From assembly GCA_029777855.1 (NCBI GenBank), contig JAKORL010000170.1, forward strand, positions 1,169 through 65,168: a stretch of DNA of 64,000 nt, written 5' to 3'. Of this stretch, positions 1-14,200 are shown one piece after another. Numbering within the stretch: the first letter of the stretch is position 1; every line of letters begins with the position of its first letter. Position numbers and translations under genes: made by a program. A model generated the notes under the pieces. It ran no database searches. It saw only the letters and a program-made list of their open reading frames with translations, and was not told the DNA's origin. This stretch comes from Pseudomonadota bacterium. GTDB taxonomy: Bacteria; Pseudomonadota; Gammaproteobacteria; JAIEPX01.

Positions 1-1232
1 AGCTCAAGAACTATCAGAGCGCAGTTCTCGCTCTTGACATCAATAACGGGAAGGTCAAATGGTCATTTCAGCCTAGATCATACGATGCTTGGATTCATAG
101 TTGCACACCACCAATATTTGTAGGTTTGTCTGACATTGCTCCTACAGGGTTTGATCCTGTTCCTCTCATCAATACCCTTAACTGTTTTCAAGATCCAATT
201 GGTCCTGACTATGGTTTTGGTCATAATCCATTACTTTTGAAGAATGTACGCATTAATGGTGATGATCGCGATCTCGTCGTCGCTGGCAATAAAGATGGGC
301 GGGTATTCGCGCTCGATCCAAATAATGGCAAGCTAATTTGGGTCAGGGACATCGACCCAGGCTCAGTATACGGTGGTATACAATTTGGGATGGCCAGTGA
401 TGGTAAATCCATATTTACGGGTACTGCTAACCGAATGAACGCGGGCAGAGATCGCAATGACTCCTTTGAGTCATCCGAAACTTTTATGACTCGTAACGGA
501 CTTGGTAATAGTGTTTTGCCTTACCCACTATTCTATGGGCTCAACGAAAAACCGGGGGCACCGAGTAACTTACTTGAGATCCCAGGCCCTGCTAGCTTTA
601 GATTACCATTCGTATCACCCTCTATGGCAGGCTTACCTGGCTACCCAACCACACCGTTGATGACAGGGCCTGGCAGTGGACCTCGTGAGGTATATCAAGT
701 TACTAACATGCCATCCGATGTGGCGCCTGATAATGTTAATGTTTGGTTAGACTCAGGGGGAATTGTCCAAACAACCGCCGGCATGGTTCATTCCTTAGAT
801 GCCGCAACGGGTCGTATCAACTGGGAACGACCAGCAATCGACTCCATCGCTGGTAGACTACTACCAGCCAATGTATTTAGCTCAGTAACCGTCGCCAATG
901 GTGTCGTGTTTGCAGGCTACTATGATAAGCTCGGAACTTTGGTGGGGCTGGACGCTAAGACTGGTGAAAAGTTGTTTATCTATCAAAATACAGCAACTTA
1001 TCCTGATCCTAGCAATCCCTCGATCATGAAAACGGTAAACATCGGCGGTAATGAAGCCGGACCTGCAGTCGTCAACGACTGTGTCTACTGGGGTATGGGA
1101 GCACACACCACCAGCTTGAGCGGTATGCCTTCAAAGTCATTACCTGAATTCGGTTTTGCAAATAGCACTTTAACCAGTGTCTTTCCTAATAGTGGAAATA
1201 GTGTAATTACTTTTTGTTTACCCAATAATTAA
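1..1232 (+). CDS. PQQ/BamB-type beta-propeller repeat protein, 5' end outside window
   Basis: Frame 3 is open from nt 3 (..AVLALDINNGKVKWSFQ..), so the TTG at 126 in the ORF track is internal. Repeated blade motifs are present (NKDGRVFALDPNNGKLIWVRD, MVHSLDAATGRINWERP, LVGLDAKTGEKLF). Function cannot be assigned beyond the fold. Confidence 0.6.
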   Translation, partial: LKNYQSAVLALDINNGKVKWSFQPRSYDAWIHSCTPPIFVGLSDIAPTGFDPVPLINTLNCFQDPIGPDYGFGHNPLLLKNVRINGDDRDLVVAGNKDGRVFALDPNNGKLIWVRDIDPGSVYGGIQFGMASDGKSIFTGTANRMNAGRDRNDSFESSETFMTRNGLGNSVLPYPLFYGLNEKPGAPSNLLEIPGPASFRLPFVSPSMAGLPGYPTTPLMTGPGSGPREVYQVTNMPSDVAPDNVNVWLDSGGIVQTTAGMVHSLDAATGRINWERPAIDSIAGRLLPANVFSSVTVANGVVFAGYYDKLGTLVGLDAKTGEKLFIYQNTATYPDPSNPSIMKTVNIGGNEAGPAVVNDCVYWGMGAHTTSLSGMPSKSLPEFGFANSTLTSVFPNSGNSVITFCLPNN

Positions 1233-1256
1233 ATATGGCAATTATTTTTCCCATTT

Positions 1257-1290
1257 AGAACGGCGAACTAAATTCGCCGTTCTTCTTTTG
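1257..1290 (+). terminator. Rho-independent terminator between convergent propeller gene and serC
   Basis: Perfect 11-bp stem AGAACGGCGAA/TTCGCCGTTCT with loop CTAAA, followed by TCTTTTG. Confidence 0.7.
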
Positions 1291-1362
1291 AGTAATTGTA
1301 CGCCCTAATTACGTGAGAACTTAAAAATTTGAGGAACCTCCTCTTCCATTGAAACTCCATGT

Positions 1363-2433
1363 TTATCGTCGAAAATCTTCCATAAAGTTCAACAACGCAT
1401 CCACACCCGCTTCAGGCATTGCATTGTAGATGCTGGCTCGGAGTCCACCAACGAGTTTATGGCCTTTAAGGAAGAGTAAGCCTGCTGAAGTGGCTTGAGT
1501 TAGAAACTCAGGATATAAAGATTCATCTCTGATTCGAAAAATGACATTCATTCGAGATCGATAGGGCTTGTCGACGTTGTTATAATAAAAATCGCTTTGG
1601 TCGATGTAATCATATATTTTTGCGGCTTTCCGAGCATTGATTTCACCCATCTTGGCTAGACCGCCCTGCTTTTTAAGCCATTTAAAAACAAGACTGCATA
1701 CATACCAGGAAAATGTAGGGGGAGTATTATAGAGTGATTTTTGGTCTACATGATTTTGATAATCATAGAGGCAAGGGGTAGAAGGTAATGCCTGACCAAC
1801 AAGATCTTTACGCACAACCACCACGGCCAGCCCAGCAGGCCCAATATTTTTTTGCACTCCGGCATAAAGGAGACCGTATCGACTAATCTCAATAGGTTTT
1901 GAAAGAATATTCGATGACATATCGGATACTAGAGGCACCTGCCCTGTTTCAGGAATAAACGGAAATTCCACTCCATTGACAGTCTCGTTATCAACAATAT
2001 GAACGTAGGCAGCCTCTGAACTTAGTTTCCAATCTATTTGTTTTGAAATTGAAGTAAAGCTTGAATTTTCAGCGCTAGTAACTTGATTTACATGACAATA
2101 TTTTGAGGCTTCTTTTGCTGCCATCCCAGACCACACGCCAGTATTCACATAATCTGCCGTCGTTTTACCCCGTAATAAATTCAAAGGCACCATTGAAAAC
2201 TGCCCTCGCCCACCACCTTGTACAAATAGCACATGATAATTATCAGGAATAGAAAGCAATTCTCTAAAATCTTGTTCAGATTCAGCAGCCAATTGTTGAA
2301 ATGCTTCTCCACGATGGCTAATTTCCATAACCGAAGCTCCCTGAGCATGCCAATCATAAAGCTCTTCTTTTATTTGATCTAAAACCTCGAGGGGAAGCAT
2401 GGCTGGCCCAGCACTGAAATTATATCCTCGCAT
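1363..2433 (-). CDS. serC: phosphoserine aminotransferase
   Basis: 356 aa. The N-terminus MRGYNFSAGPAMLPLEVL and the overall length are typical of SerC. It lies next to gyrA on the same strand, an adjacency I recall from other gammaproteobacteria (from memory, not checked). Confidence 0.9.
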   Translation of the reverse strand: MRGYNFSAGPAMLPLEVLDQIKEELYDWHAQGASVMEISHRGEAFQQLAAESEQDFRELLSIPDNYHVLFVQGGGRGQFSMVPLNLLRGKTTADYVNTGVWSGMAAKEASKYCHVNQVTSAENSSFTSISKQIDWKLSSEAAYVHIVDNETVNGVEFPFIPETGQVPLVSDMSSNILSKPIEISRYGLLYAGVQKNIGPAGLAVVVVRKDLVGQALPSTPCLYDYQNHVDQKSLYNTPPTFSWYVCSLVFKWLKKQGGLAKMGEINARKAAKIYDYIDQSDFYYNNVDKPYRSRMNVIFRIRDESLYPEFLTQATSAGLLFLKGHKLVGGLRASIYNAMPEAGVDALLNFMEDFRR

Positions 2434-2528
2434 GACCTGTCCTTACGTAATAGCTTAGTTTCACAGTTTAAACCAGTTCAAACAAATACCGTAAATAAGT
2501 CTTGTAGTTATACTGTCAATATTCCCCG

Positions 2529-2562
2529 CTGGACAAATTTGTCCAGTGCTCATTGGACAAAT
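2529..2562. promoter_or_regulatory. candidate operator: 18-bp perfect palindrome plus a third half-site upstream of serC
   Basis: CTGGACAAATTTGTCCAG at 2529..2546, with another TGGACAAAT at 2554..2562. A minus-strand TTGACA (2514..2519) lies just downstream towards serC. No regulator is identified. Confidence 0.3.
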
Positions 2563-2588
2563 CTGCAAATCCCAGCGCCTAGATACAT

Positions 2589-5156
2589 TTATTGTTCAGG
2601 ATTCGATCCCTCATCACTAAGGTTCGCCTCATCATTCACTTCCTCAACGCGGCGCATGGCTACCAGCTTTTCCTCTTCACTCAGACTGATGAGTCTAACA
2701 CCTTGGGTATTTCGACCCACCAGAGAAATTTCTTCGACGCGTGTGCGCACTATCGTACCTTGATCAGTAATCAACAGAATTTCATGTTGATCAGTCACGG
2801 CTTCAGCACCCACTACCTCACCGTTGCGTTCATTGACAATAATTCCGATCACGCCTTGTCCACCGCGTCCGATTCGGCGGAATTCACTCATTTCGGTTCG
2901 TTTACCGTAACCATTAGCGGTCGCCAAAAGAATGGCTTCATTGTCTTTAGCAGCCAATAATGAAATTACACGTTGCCCAGATTTGAGACGAATACCTCGC
3001 ACACCCGCGGCAGTACGCCCCATAGGTCGAACCAAGGTTTCTTCAAATCGAATCACTTTACCGGTGTTAGCAACCAACATAATGTCTTGTTTACCATCGG
3101 TAATAATGACATCCACTAGATCATCGCCTTCGCGAATATCCAGCGCAATTAAGCCGCTATTACGTGGGCGTGAAAATTGTGACAAAGACACTTTTTTCAC
3201 TGTACCATTCGCTGTAGCCATAAAGACGTAATGCCCTTCATCGAATTCGCTTATTGGCAATATGGCACTGATGCACTCACCTTCACTTAAAGGCAACAAA
3301 TTAACCACTGGACGACCTTTAGCCGCACGGCTTGCTTGAGGAATCCGATAAGCTTTCAACCAGAATAATTTTCCTTTATTCGAGAAGCACAAGAGCGTGT
3401 CATGCGCATTAGCAACCAATAAATGCTCGATATAATCTTCTTCTTTCATAGACGTTGAGGATTTGCCCTTACCACCGCGATGTTGAGCTTGATACGTTTC
3501 CAGTGGCTGAGTCTTGGCATAGCCCTCACTCGAAATTGTGACAACTAAAGTATCATTAGGAATCAGATCTTCCATTGATAATTCTTCTTCATTATCAATA
3601 ATTTCTGTTCGCCGTTCATCGCCAAATTGAGTTTTAATTTCTAATAATTCATTTCGAATGACTTGCATCAATCGATCGGCATCTGACAATATCTCAAGTA
3701 AATCTTTGATGAGATCCAATAACTGCTTGTATTCACTAAGAATTTTATCTTTCTCAAGCCCCGTTAAACGATGGAGTCTTAAATCTAAAATGGCTTGGGC
3801 TTGGTCGGGTGATAAATGATAACCTTCGGGTTTAAGCCCATATTCTTCTGGTAAATCTTCGGGTCTAGAGGCATCACTGCCTGCACGCTCGAGCATGTCT
3901 AAAACAGCCCCAGGCCGCCACACAGAAGCCACTAAACGCTCTTTGGCTTCTTGAGGTGTTTTTGATGATTTAATCATTGCAATGACTTCATCAATATTCG
4001 CCAGCGCAATCCCCAAACCTTCTAATACATGGGCACGTTCACGTGCTTTTCGTAAATCAAAAATGGTTCGGCGAGTCACGACTTCACGTCGATGACGAAT
4101 AAAAGCTTCCAGCAGATGCTTCAGCCCCATACAACGCGGACGACCCTGGTCCAGAGCGACCATATTAATACCAAAAACGACTTGTAGCTGCGTCTGAGAA
4201 TAAAGATTATTCAGTACCACTTCAGCATTTTCACCACGTCGTAGTTCAATATAAATCCGCATACCTTCTTTATCGGATTCATCACGCAATGCCGTAATGC
4301 CTTCAAGACGTTTTTCTTTCACTAATTCTGCAATTTTCTCAATCAATCGTGCTTTATTCACTTGGTAAGGTAATTCAGTGACGATAATCGCTTGTTTCTC
4401 ACCTACATCTTCAAAATTTGTTTTACCGCGGATCAATACCCGTCCACGACCGGTTTTATAGGCTTCTACAATACCCGCTCGGCCATTGATGATACCTGAG
4501 GTTGGAAAATCAGGCCCAGGGATTACTTGCATGAGATCACTGAGATCACATTCAGGGTTATCAATAATGGTAATACATCCATCGATGACTTCGCTGAGAT
4601 TGTGAGGAGGAATATTCGTTGCCATACCGACCGCGATACCCGATGAGCCATTCACTAAAAGATTAGGTACTTGGGTGGGTAAGACAGATGGCATGTGTTC
4701 AGAGCCATCATAATTGGGAACAAAATCGACTGTTTCTTTTTCGAGGTCAGCCAATAAAGAATGAGCAATTTTAGACATACGGATTTCGGTATATCGCATC
4801 GCAGCAGGCGCATCGCCATCCACAGAACCGAAGTTTCCTTGTCCGTCAACCAGCATGTACCGCAACGAGAATGGTTGGGCCATTCGAACAATGGTATCGT
4901 ACACAGCCGTATCACCATGAGGGTGGTATTTACCAATCACATCACCCACGATACGAGCGGATTTTTTATAGGGTTTATTCCAATCGTTCTTGAGCTCATT
5001 CATCGCAAACAAAACGCGCCTATGCACAGGTTTCAAACCATCGCGCACATCAGGCAATGCACGCCCTACGATTACGCTCATTGCGTAATCTAGATACGAT
5101 TGCTGAAGCTCGTCTTCTATATTGACGGCCACTATTTCCTTAGCGTGATCATGCAT
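2589..5156 (-). CDS. gyrA: DNA gyrase subunit A
   Basis: 855 aa. Contains [25 protein letters not shown], the [21 protein letters not shown], and a C-terminal beta-pinwheel region. Confidence 0.97.
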   Translation of the reverse strand: MHDHAKEIVAVNIEDELQQSYLDYAMSVIVGRALPDVRDGLKPVHRRVLFAMNELKNDWNKPYKKSARIVGDVIGKYHPHGDTAVYDTIVRMAQPFSLRYMLVDGQGNFGSVDGDAPAAMRYTEIRMSKIAHSLLADLEKETVDFVPNYDGSEHMPSVLPTQVPNLLVNGSSGIAVGMATNIPPHNLSEVIDGCITIIDNPECDLSDLMQVIPGPDFPTSGIINGRAGIVEAYKTGRGRVLIRGKTNFEDVGEKQAIIVTELPYQVNKARLIEKIAELVKEKRLEGITALRDESDKEGMRIYIELRRGENAEVVLNNLYSQTQLQVVFGINMVALDQGRPRCMGLKHLLEAFIRHRREVVTRRTIFDLRKARERAHVLEGLGIALANIDEVIAMIKSSKTPQEAKERLVASVWRPGAVLDMLERAGSDASRPEDLPEEYGLKPEGYHLSPDQAQAILDLRLHRLTGLEKDKILSEYKQLLDLIKDLLEILSDADRLMQVIRNELLEIKTQFGDERRTEIIDNEEELSMEDLIPNDTLVVTISSEGYAKTQPLETYQAQHRGGKGKSSTSMKEEDYIEHLLVANAHDTLLCFSNKGKLFWLKAYRIPQASRAAKGRPVVNLLPLSEGECISAILPISEFDEGHYVFMATANGTVKKVSLSQFSRPRNSGLIALDIREGDDLVDVIITDGKQDIMLVANTGKVIRFEETLVRPMGRTAAGVRGIRLKSGQRVISLLAAKDNEAILLATANGYGKRTEMSEFRRIGRGGQGVIGIIVNERNGEVVGAEAVTDQHEILLITDQGTIVRTRVEEISLVGRNTQGVRLISLSEEEKLVAMRRVEEVNDEANLSDEGSNPEQ

Positions 5157-5256
5157 AAATAACCTTATCTATAGCTGCAGTTACAAAAGCGAAATTGTAA
5201 CACTTTTCCAATCTATTGGCTATTAGATTTGGGTCGCAAATTAATATCGCCAGACC

Positions 5257-8200
5257 TCATTTCTTGGTCTGGGCAGAGGTTGTATTATCCACTTCCCATA
5301 CCTCAAACAACTTTGGTTTCTGCTCAAACAATACACATGACAACACTGAACGCGGCGTAGACAAGAGCCTGGCAGCAGACACTCGTTCGGGTAGTGCTGC
5401 TAACGGTTGACACGCCACAACAGGCAGTGATTTAGCTCCGCTTGAAAATAAGCTAAGTTTTTGTTCAGAAAGATTGATAGGTCTTTCAACTTTACGCCAA
5501 CCACACTCTTCTTCAAAATCTTGGATTGAATGAATACTCATCAAACTTCGTGTGACCTGCACTTTTTGTATGACGCTAATTAATTGGACAAAGTCACTTT
5601 TATCCCATCGATATTTATAGACGATTTGTTGCAAGGTCTTAGGGTCTTTAATATACCCATTTAATAATGCACAGAATGCCATCATTCGCTTTAACCTCAT
5701 GTCTGATAACAGTCTTTCTTTAATTTGAGGCGACATATTATGACTAGAACATAAGATGTGCTCATCAAAACCAACTAGACAATAACATGATTTTGTATCC
5801 GCATGATCCCGAATTTTAGCAGCATAAAATTGTATCCCTGCCGTCGTTAATGCAGCAAATCTTATTTTATTATTTTCCAAATTACATTGAACGATGACCG
5901 CTTGAATGGGTTTAAGATATTTCACCGTTGCAGTAAATTCACTAACATCTTCGAACGGACAGAAATTTTGAACGTTTAAAAATAACTTAGGCATCTTGAA
6001 AGAACATTTTTCAAAACGAATTCTCTTAAAATCGCGTTCATCATTGAGAAAGATTGCCTGGAGTGTGTTCGCACGAGTATAAGTTTCCATCCTAAAACGA
6101 AAATCTTTTCCTACTTGTACCAAAGATTTAATACGTTGTTCTTGCTCAACTTCTCTTTCATCTTCAATTTGAGCCGTTTGTTCCTGGCAAACCTGAGCGT
6201 TTAACTCAGCACCATGCGGTTCACGCATGAGCTCAATCAATTGTTCTGTTTCATTGATTATGCGAGTAATCCGGCAAACTTGAGTAGGCGTAAAATCTGT
6301 AGCCCAGTCTAATCCAAAACGTTGACAAAGATGATCTCTATAGCGTGCCAAAACAGCTTGCGGATTATCATAAATACACTCAACTTCATATAATACATAC
6401 GGATCTATAGGATATCGTTGTTGAAGTTGCGTTTTATGTTGGCTATAGGGCACTGTGCCTTGATCAATTAATTTCCAAATTTTCCCTGCTATGATTTCAT
6501 AAATACCTTGATACGCTCGATTAATCACTTTTGTATTTAACTCATCGGCGAAATTTTCAATAAACCACTCGCTTATCTTAATAAGATCAAAATGCTCTAC
6601 CCCTGGATTAATTTGATTGTAGAGAGATTTGAAAATAATCCAAATCAGGGCTTCGCCATCTTGTTCTAAGAATGGTCTAAATCGCATAATAGCTTGAATG
6701 GTCACGGGCAAAGATTGGCCCTTACCAATCGTGATACCAGAAACATCGTTATAGGGCCTCTTAATATCAGTCCCCGTTGTTTTTATCAAATCTAAAAATA
6801 AAAACAATAACACTTTTTTAGGATCCAATCCCTGACGTTTAATCGCAGTAATAACATTGGTTCCTGGTATGGTAACGTTATTTAATTTTTTTAATTTAGA
6901 CACTAATACCATCAAATTATTTTGGAAACACTGTACTGTCTTTCGTTCATCACCCTCATCAAAAGACGCTAAGATAGCATTAGCAACTCGGGTTGGTGTC
7001 AAATCAGAAAATAATGCACCCCGCTCGAATAACGCACACAATTTTAAAAATAAATCGGGATACTTCGTTTTAATTTGATTGAACATTTCTTTAGGATCAT
7101 GAGTCATCTCTAGCATGCAATAAGCGCTATTTTTGGGATCTAACATTTTCTGAACAACTTCCGCTTCAAAGAATGCCGATTCGAAATAATGCTCTTTATC
7201 AAGGTACACTGGATAAACTTCAGGCAAGCCTGGTGTTGCAGTAAAAATAATACTTCGCGTAAATCCTGCTTGGAAATCGGCCGCAGTGGATTCAACGCGA
7301 AATTCTGGTGTCCTAATCTGTCTAAATGCATAGGTAAATAAGAAAAACTTCTGCATATCAGGCGAAAATCGGACTGTAGGGTCGTCAGATAGCGCTTTCT
7401 TAGACTCAGCTGATAAGTTATCCAGAGATATAAAACGATAGTCTTTAGGAAGTTTTGCATTGAATGATCTTTCAGCTTTAGTGATTTTCTTTGTATTCCA
7501 ACGCCTTTCCTTTAAATGTGCAGACTCAAACAGTCGGATGATTTCCAAAATATAGTCTGTAGGCTGTTCCACAGGTACGCCTGTCATCGCATAAAGCTCA
7601 ATCGTTAATGCCGCAACAAGAATCTGATCACCAAAATGTGCAGTAACATCTTTTCCATCATGCTTAGGCCCTACGGAAAGATCTTTAAAATGCACTGATT
7701 TACCAAAGTCTTTTTGATATTGGAGTGTCAGAATATGCTTTAATAATGTTTGAATTAAGGTTCTGCCTAATACAATCAGACTTGCCAATTCTCGATTATT
7801 TTGACGATATTGCTTTAACCACTCCGGTTTTTTTCGATCTTCTTGAGTATAGTACGATTTAAGTTGCGAGCGATTAACCGACGCATAACATCTAAATTCA
7901 ACAACCCTTTGCACCAGCTCTTCTTTTAATACCACAAGCTCTTTTTCCGTAACCGCTTTTTTACCTTTTTCAATAATGCCTGCTATCTCAGCAATGTGTT
8001 TTGAGTTATCTGCAACACCTAATAGAATATCAAAAAAGTCTATCAACACTTGCAGTTGTTCTGCTGGAATGCTCTGCATTTGACCATAGGTTTTGATGCT
8101 TTGCTGAAGCGGATCACTTTGAATATGCCCTTCATCTTCGAGTTTGATGGCATGTTGTTTAAAATACTCTAATATTGCTAAGGCAGCTTTTGCAACTGGT

Positions 8201-11200
8201 TCATCATTCGTGTCGTAGGCAATGCGTTTGCTACTATTGAGAGCATGCCATGTGATAGGGGTTAGCATCAACGCTTTTTTATCTTTATGCCATGATTTAA
8301 TATCAACCAGTAATTGGGTTAATTCCTCGCTCGTCCATTTATGATTTAAATCTCTATCTATGATCTCAATAAGTTGTTGTAAAGTATTGCGCAAGATGGG
8401 GGGTAATTCGTGCAAGGAAATATGATGCAGTTCATTTGTATTAAAAATTATCGGCAAATAACCCTTTTGAGCAAACCTGAAAGTCAGTAGAGGTATGAGC
8501 AACCAAGTCTTTCCACCACCCGCTTTGAATTGAAGAAGAGCATGCTTTACTTCTTCGTCGTCGACTAATTCTCCTTCAATATATCGTATTAATATGTCTA
8601 AAGGCTCATACTGATCTTCTCTAATCCATTTTTTTGACATATATTCGTAAAATAGAAATTCAGGGTAATCCGAAATTTTGAAATGTCGTTTTTTATCCAA
8701 TGTTCTAGCTAATTCTTGTAGATGATAATTCGATAATTCGGAAAATGATTTTTTATCTTTGATAATTTCAAGCGCATCATCACACAAGTTAATTATTGAC
8801 TGCAATACGGCAAAATCGGATAACTTTTTCACAATCTCATCAAGATCATTTTGATTCAGAAATACATTGGCGTGAGCAATAATATTCATATCTTGTTTCA
8901 AATATGCTTCAAAAAGCAGCGAAATTGTCATTTCTGGCACCTGCTCTGCTTGTTGCAGGGCGATATGATATGCTCCCAAAGCTCTTTGATGATTATTAAA
9001 ACCTTGCTCAGCTTGTCCATCGATAAAAGGATTTTTCTTTGCTAATTGCAGTATGTTTTCTTGCAATAACCCAGACTCTTTTATTATATCTTCGCGCTTA
9101 AAAACTAGGGCTTCTCGCAGCTTTTCAATAGGCTTAGCTGAATCTTTGAGTGCATAAACCAGTCTTATTCTGGTTTTGTTTTGCTCATGCCCTCGCTCTA
9201 GCCTCTTAATACATTCTTGCTCTAATCGCTTTCGTCGATTTTCAGATGAAAATGGAAGATTGTCTATTATAGCAATAGGTTCTCTTTTAGGTTCTTCAAA
9301 ATACTCGCCTACAAAAGACTGTAGGGGATGCAGACTTGTTGAGGTCATTTTGTAGTCAACCAAAGAGAAAACGAAGGTCCGATTAGCAGGAAAAATTCCA
9401 GGCAGTGACTCTACAGTTTGTAATAACCCCTGTTTGATTGGGCTTCGAATAAGTGGTCCCGTCACTAAAATTCTCTCATCATATAGCTTTCGCATATGGG
9501 CATAGACAGCGATCATACATTCTCGGTTAGCTTTAAATTTCCCTCGAAACTGTTGAAAATGTGCTCGATTAAGAAGAATATAATTAATAATATTCACGTA
9601 CGTATTCTGAACTTGGGCATCGTTCAGTTTGTAAGTAAGAAGAATAAGTTTTAAACGCTTTTCAACCACTGGGTTAGTATCAAGGGCAAGCGTAAATAGC
9701 GCTAGAAAATTCATTTCTAAAAGGCATTCAGCCGTATTGATCGAGGGATGGTGAACGCGATCTTTATCTAAGTAAAACTGATCCAATTCTTTGTCTACCC
9801 AATCATAATAATGTCTGAGAGCAGGTTTAAGGGGAGGATTTGAACGACATTCTAGAACAGGATGTGCTTTCACCCACTCTTCAGCCGCTTTGTTATAGCC
9901 ACGAGATACACTAACACTGTCTTTGAGAAACCAAACACCCTCTTTTTCATCATCAAACCGATCCAGCTCAATACCAAATCGGACAATTTGCAGTCCTAAT
10001 GGTTTTTCACGATAACCCCAACTGCCTACGTTTTTCATATCTTTATTGTGCTGAATTTCCTTGAGCTCATGGATAATGTCACAATCTGCATCAGACAATA
10101 AAAGATAATGAGGTATTATGGTAATCCCTTCACGTCTTTCACTAAGGCTCAGTTTATAAAACTCAAATTGTTTAATCACGTGTCTGAGAAACGATTCTGA
10201 TCTGGTAAACTTATAATACGGTCTTTCGTCCCATTTATTATTGTGACGAAACATGCGAACTGCCACATGACAATCGAAGGCGGCACCCTTAGATGATAAA
10301 TCTCCCCGTGCTAACAACATCTCGATGATTCGACCTTGGAATTCTTGATTACTTTTATGATGCTTTGTTCGATTTAAACATTGCATCGCACGAGAATAAT
10401 CACCTAAACAACGATATATTATTGAAAGATATAAATCGTCGTCTACATCATCACCCTTGAGCTCATTATTTAGATCGAGATGATATTCAAAGCATTCACT
10501 TTTCAGCACTTCATTTCTGCTCAAGAATGGCGAACTATCAAGTGCTGAATTATGAGAACCAGGGGAAGCCAGCAATTTAAATGCGGGAAACAAATAACGT
10601 CGTTCAGCCTTATCATTCTCTAACACAACTAAACACGTCAATCCTTGCAAGCAGGGCAAGCTTTTTATTGGAGTCAAAAAATAACCAGGGTGGGTTTCGC
10701 AGTCTAATTGACCATCAACGTTCAAAAAACGTAGCCCTAATAAGCCCCAATTCATTTTTTGTATCACAATTTCTTTATCATTAGTACGTTGTGCACTCGC
10801 ACTAACCGAATTAGTCCCTACTGTATTATTTAGATAAACCATCCATTTTCTTTCAATATCTGACCTTGGACAGCCTACATCTAATAGTATATACCCATCT
10901 TCACTCCATACACCTTCTGCGTTTACGGATAATCGTAACCAACCTTGTGTGGGCGTGTAATGATACGCGGTTCCGTTATAGTCTGTAGATTCGACGAAAA
11001 TCTCATTTTCATCTTCTGTATTGACCCAGTAGCTATAAATAAAATCACGACTTGCTAACGTTTCGTTTCCGAAGGGGTTCGTCAATTTTTTATTAGAAAA
11101 GTACTCTTTTTCATTTGGATTAATGTCGTCATTCCCGGTTGCAAGTAGTTGAAATCGCATCCGCTGGACATTAATCGTAATGCCTCTAAATACTTTTACA

Positions 11201-14200
11201 CAACGCGTTAATTGATACGCATGGAATTCCCAGGAATAATCCGGAGCATATACAATGTTCAAATCTAGCTTATTTTCTTTATAACCCTTTCCGTCATACA
11301 GAAGAGAAATTTTTCGATTTGCGAGATTCAATTCTCTCCAAACTCTCCAATTATAGGCATAGATTTGTGTAACATCTTCTACTTGATTGTTGTTACTAAA
11401 AAGTGCGCCATCCCTTAAAGTAAGGGTAATTTGAGGATTGATTGATGAGAGAACCCCCTCTTTATAGCTCCATTCAGATTGAATATCCGTCTCTAGTGCG
11501 CTTTTAACAACAGAGTTTATGAAGCGATCTAATTCTGTCTGTTTTAAGGATACCATTAATTGATTGATGTGTGCGTAAAACAGAGGCCATGCTTTTATCA
11601 CGTGTAAATCTAATAAACTATGACCATCATATCCTTTTTGTCGATCTAATGAAGCAATGAGCTTTGCTGATAAAATTGCCCAAAGATCTTGCTGTGAAAA
11701 TTCATTAAAGTGCTGGTAAAAAAGCAAAAGTAAAGAAGCTACTCGGGTCTTGGTTTTTCTTGCTTTGTAATTTGAATCATAACTTTTCTTAGTATCGAGT
11801 AATTGTTGTAAAATTTCTCTTGTATCAATGATTTTTAATTGCGTTGAATCGAATCCATATAAAGCCCCACACAATTTAACATAACTCAATACTTCACTTT
11901 GAAGCTCAATTAAAAAAAGCAAAGCTTCGAGTTGTTCCTTAGTACCTTCTCCTTCTAGTCTATTGATATAATATTTGATACTCAAATCGAAGAATAGATT
12001 GAACAACGGAATAACAGCATCATGTTGATGACATAATGCGTAATCTAATTTATTAATCGAAAATAAAAGACTTCGTATTCTGCTCTGGACTCCGTTATAA
12101 ACAATTTTATCCACGTGATATTGGCACCACTCCAGTAACAGTGGAATCTGCATAGATCCTGCTGTTTCTATTTGCTTAAATGCCTCATCGAGTATCTCGA
12201 GATCACTCTCATTAATATCATATCTAGACCAAGCTCCTGATTCTTTATCAAAGCTTCCTGAAAATTCATGATGATAAGGTGTAAATTCTACTAGCCTAGG
12301 ATAAGTATAGGCATCATGCGTATTTTTTAATACTCGCAATTCTTCAAGCGGATAATAAATAGCGTTTTCAGCAAAATCACCGAATGCGCCACGCACAGCT
12401 CTAGATCTTGGAGCATGCTTCATTAATGTTGTTCCGACTGCGCTCCCGTTGAAATCGCGACGAACAGATTGTTCTAAGGCATTTTGAAGGTTGAGCTGTC
12501 TGTGATAGGCGGTATTTTCAATGAAATGTAGATCAGGCGTTGCATCAAAGCGAGCGTCTCTTTTCATATCATAACTACGATCACCACCTCTATAATGGAC
12601 GACACTCGATATCTTTAACAGATGAACAAAAGAATGCCCTAGAAAATTTTCTGAAGGGAATTCCACAGTTTTTGTCCTCTCACTAAAGATAGAACTGTTA
12701 TCATAATGAGGATTAGTAATTTCACACTTTCTTGTTAAGAATACGTTCATATAATATTCATTACTCAAAGAATAGATACTGCTTTTTACTGCACCATTAT
12801 CTTTGAACGCACTCAGAGCCTTAGATTTTACATCTTTCGTTAGAATATACCGAGACATCCACTCACAAGTAAAATCTTCTGAGTTAGGCCTGACACAGTT
12901 CGAAAACACAGGTTTCTTTCCTGTCATCCTACGCTGAAAATTCAGCAGAATTTGCTTCACTGAAAAATACACTGATGCTTCAGAAAATATTTTATCTGAC
13001 ACTACATCACTCAATCCCAGAACATACTCATGATTCAGATACATATTCGGAAGACGGTGTACTAATTGTGCACAGATATCATAAGCAATAAGAGCGATTT
13101 CTATGGGTTGACACCCAGGTAACTTATTATATCTATCTAAATGCTTAACGAGTTTATGAAAACCGTCCATCAAAAGTGGAATTTGATCCTGAGGTAGCTG
13201 ATCCCAAAACGGGTCTTGCGGAAGACCCGTCGTCGATGGCAAAGCTCTCATCATCTCGTATAGATAAATCATTGAATAAATTGAGTAATGCTTTTCCAAG
13301 ATCGCATTTGTATGATTAATATGTTCTATTACATTATGAGGTGTTAGCTTAATGGGCGAGAATTCAATATAATTTTCTTTATATTCACCCTCAGTAATGA
13401 TTGTTTTTCCACTCGCTTCAGCGGGTTGAGCTGTCTTTTTTTCAACTGTGCCATAGTCTCCTGTTAAGGGAGGTAGAGTATCAACAGCACAAACTTTAGA
13501 GGCCAAGATACTCTGTGCTTGATTAAAACCTTCTCGTATTTTCCCCACTATGTCCGTACAGAATTGTATCTCATCATCATTAATTAGGCTCTCGTAATGT
13601 TTTGACATTCGTACAAAAGATTCTCGAATCGCCCAATCAAACATTTTTGCAGGACAATTCCCTTGGTGATAGGCTTTATTCCCTTCAATCAGAGAAGCTA
13701 ATTTAAGAACAAACGTCACTCGCTTAGATTGGACTTCTGAACACTGAGCCACTGTTTTTAATGAATCTGAAATAATCAGCAATGAATTCGTAACAGGACA
13801 TGTGCCCGTTCGTTGTGGTGTTACAGAGTGGGCAGATTTATTATCGGTTGCCGATAGCGGTTCCCCACAAGTCATTAGCAAAGCATACAAATCTAATTTA
13901 TCATAAGGTCTAATATTTTTTTTATTACTAGAAAATTTAATTTCGTTTGACGTTCCGTAATCATTTCTTAGTCCAACGACTTTTTCAGTTTTATCGAAAG
14001 GTCTGCGATCAATTTTTAGGCGAATAATTGACTCCAAGAAGAATAGACCAAATTCAGATTGAAAATCAATACGAAATTCATCTGAGGAATAATTTCGCTT
14101 AACTTTGCCACTATTTTTTCCTTGATGCATGGGTTGATGAAATCCAATACCATCTCCTCGATCTAAAATACTACATGCAAATTTGCTGTCTTCTAAACGT

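Noticed and set aside
4900-4950. GyrA QRDR has Thr at the E. coli Ser83-equivalent position ([10 protein letters not shown]): possible quinolone-resistance mutation?
   Set aside because: As I recall, Thr is the wild-type residue at this position in Legionella and several other gammaproteobacteria. Asp87 is unchanged. There is no basis for calling resistance.
2539-5093. Plus-strand ORFs inside gyrA (2539..2763, 2592..2960, 2932..3231, 4761..5093) and the minus-strand out-of-frame ORF 4655..4936
   Set aside because: They lie antisense or out of frame within a highly conserved gene, have low-complexity translations and no SD. They are typical shadow ORFs. The same reasoning applies to the shadow ORFs inside fadE (50022..50456), the MFS gene (61533..61877), the acetoacetyl-CoA synthetase gene and others.
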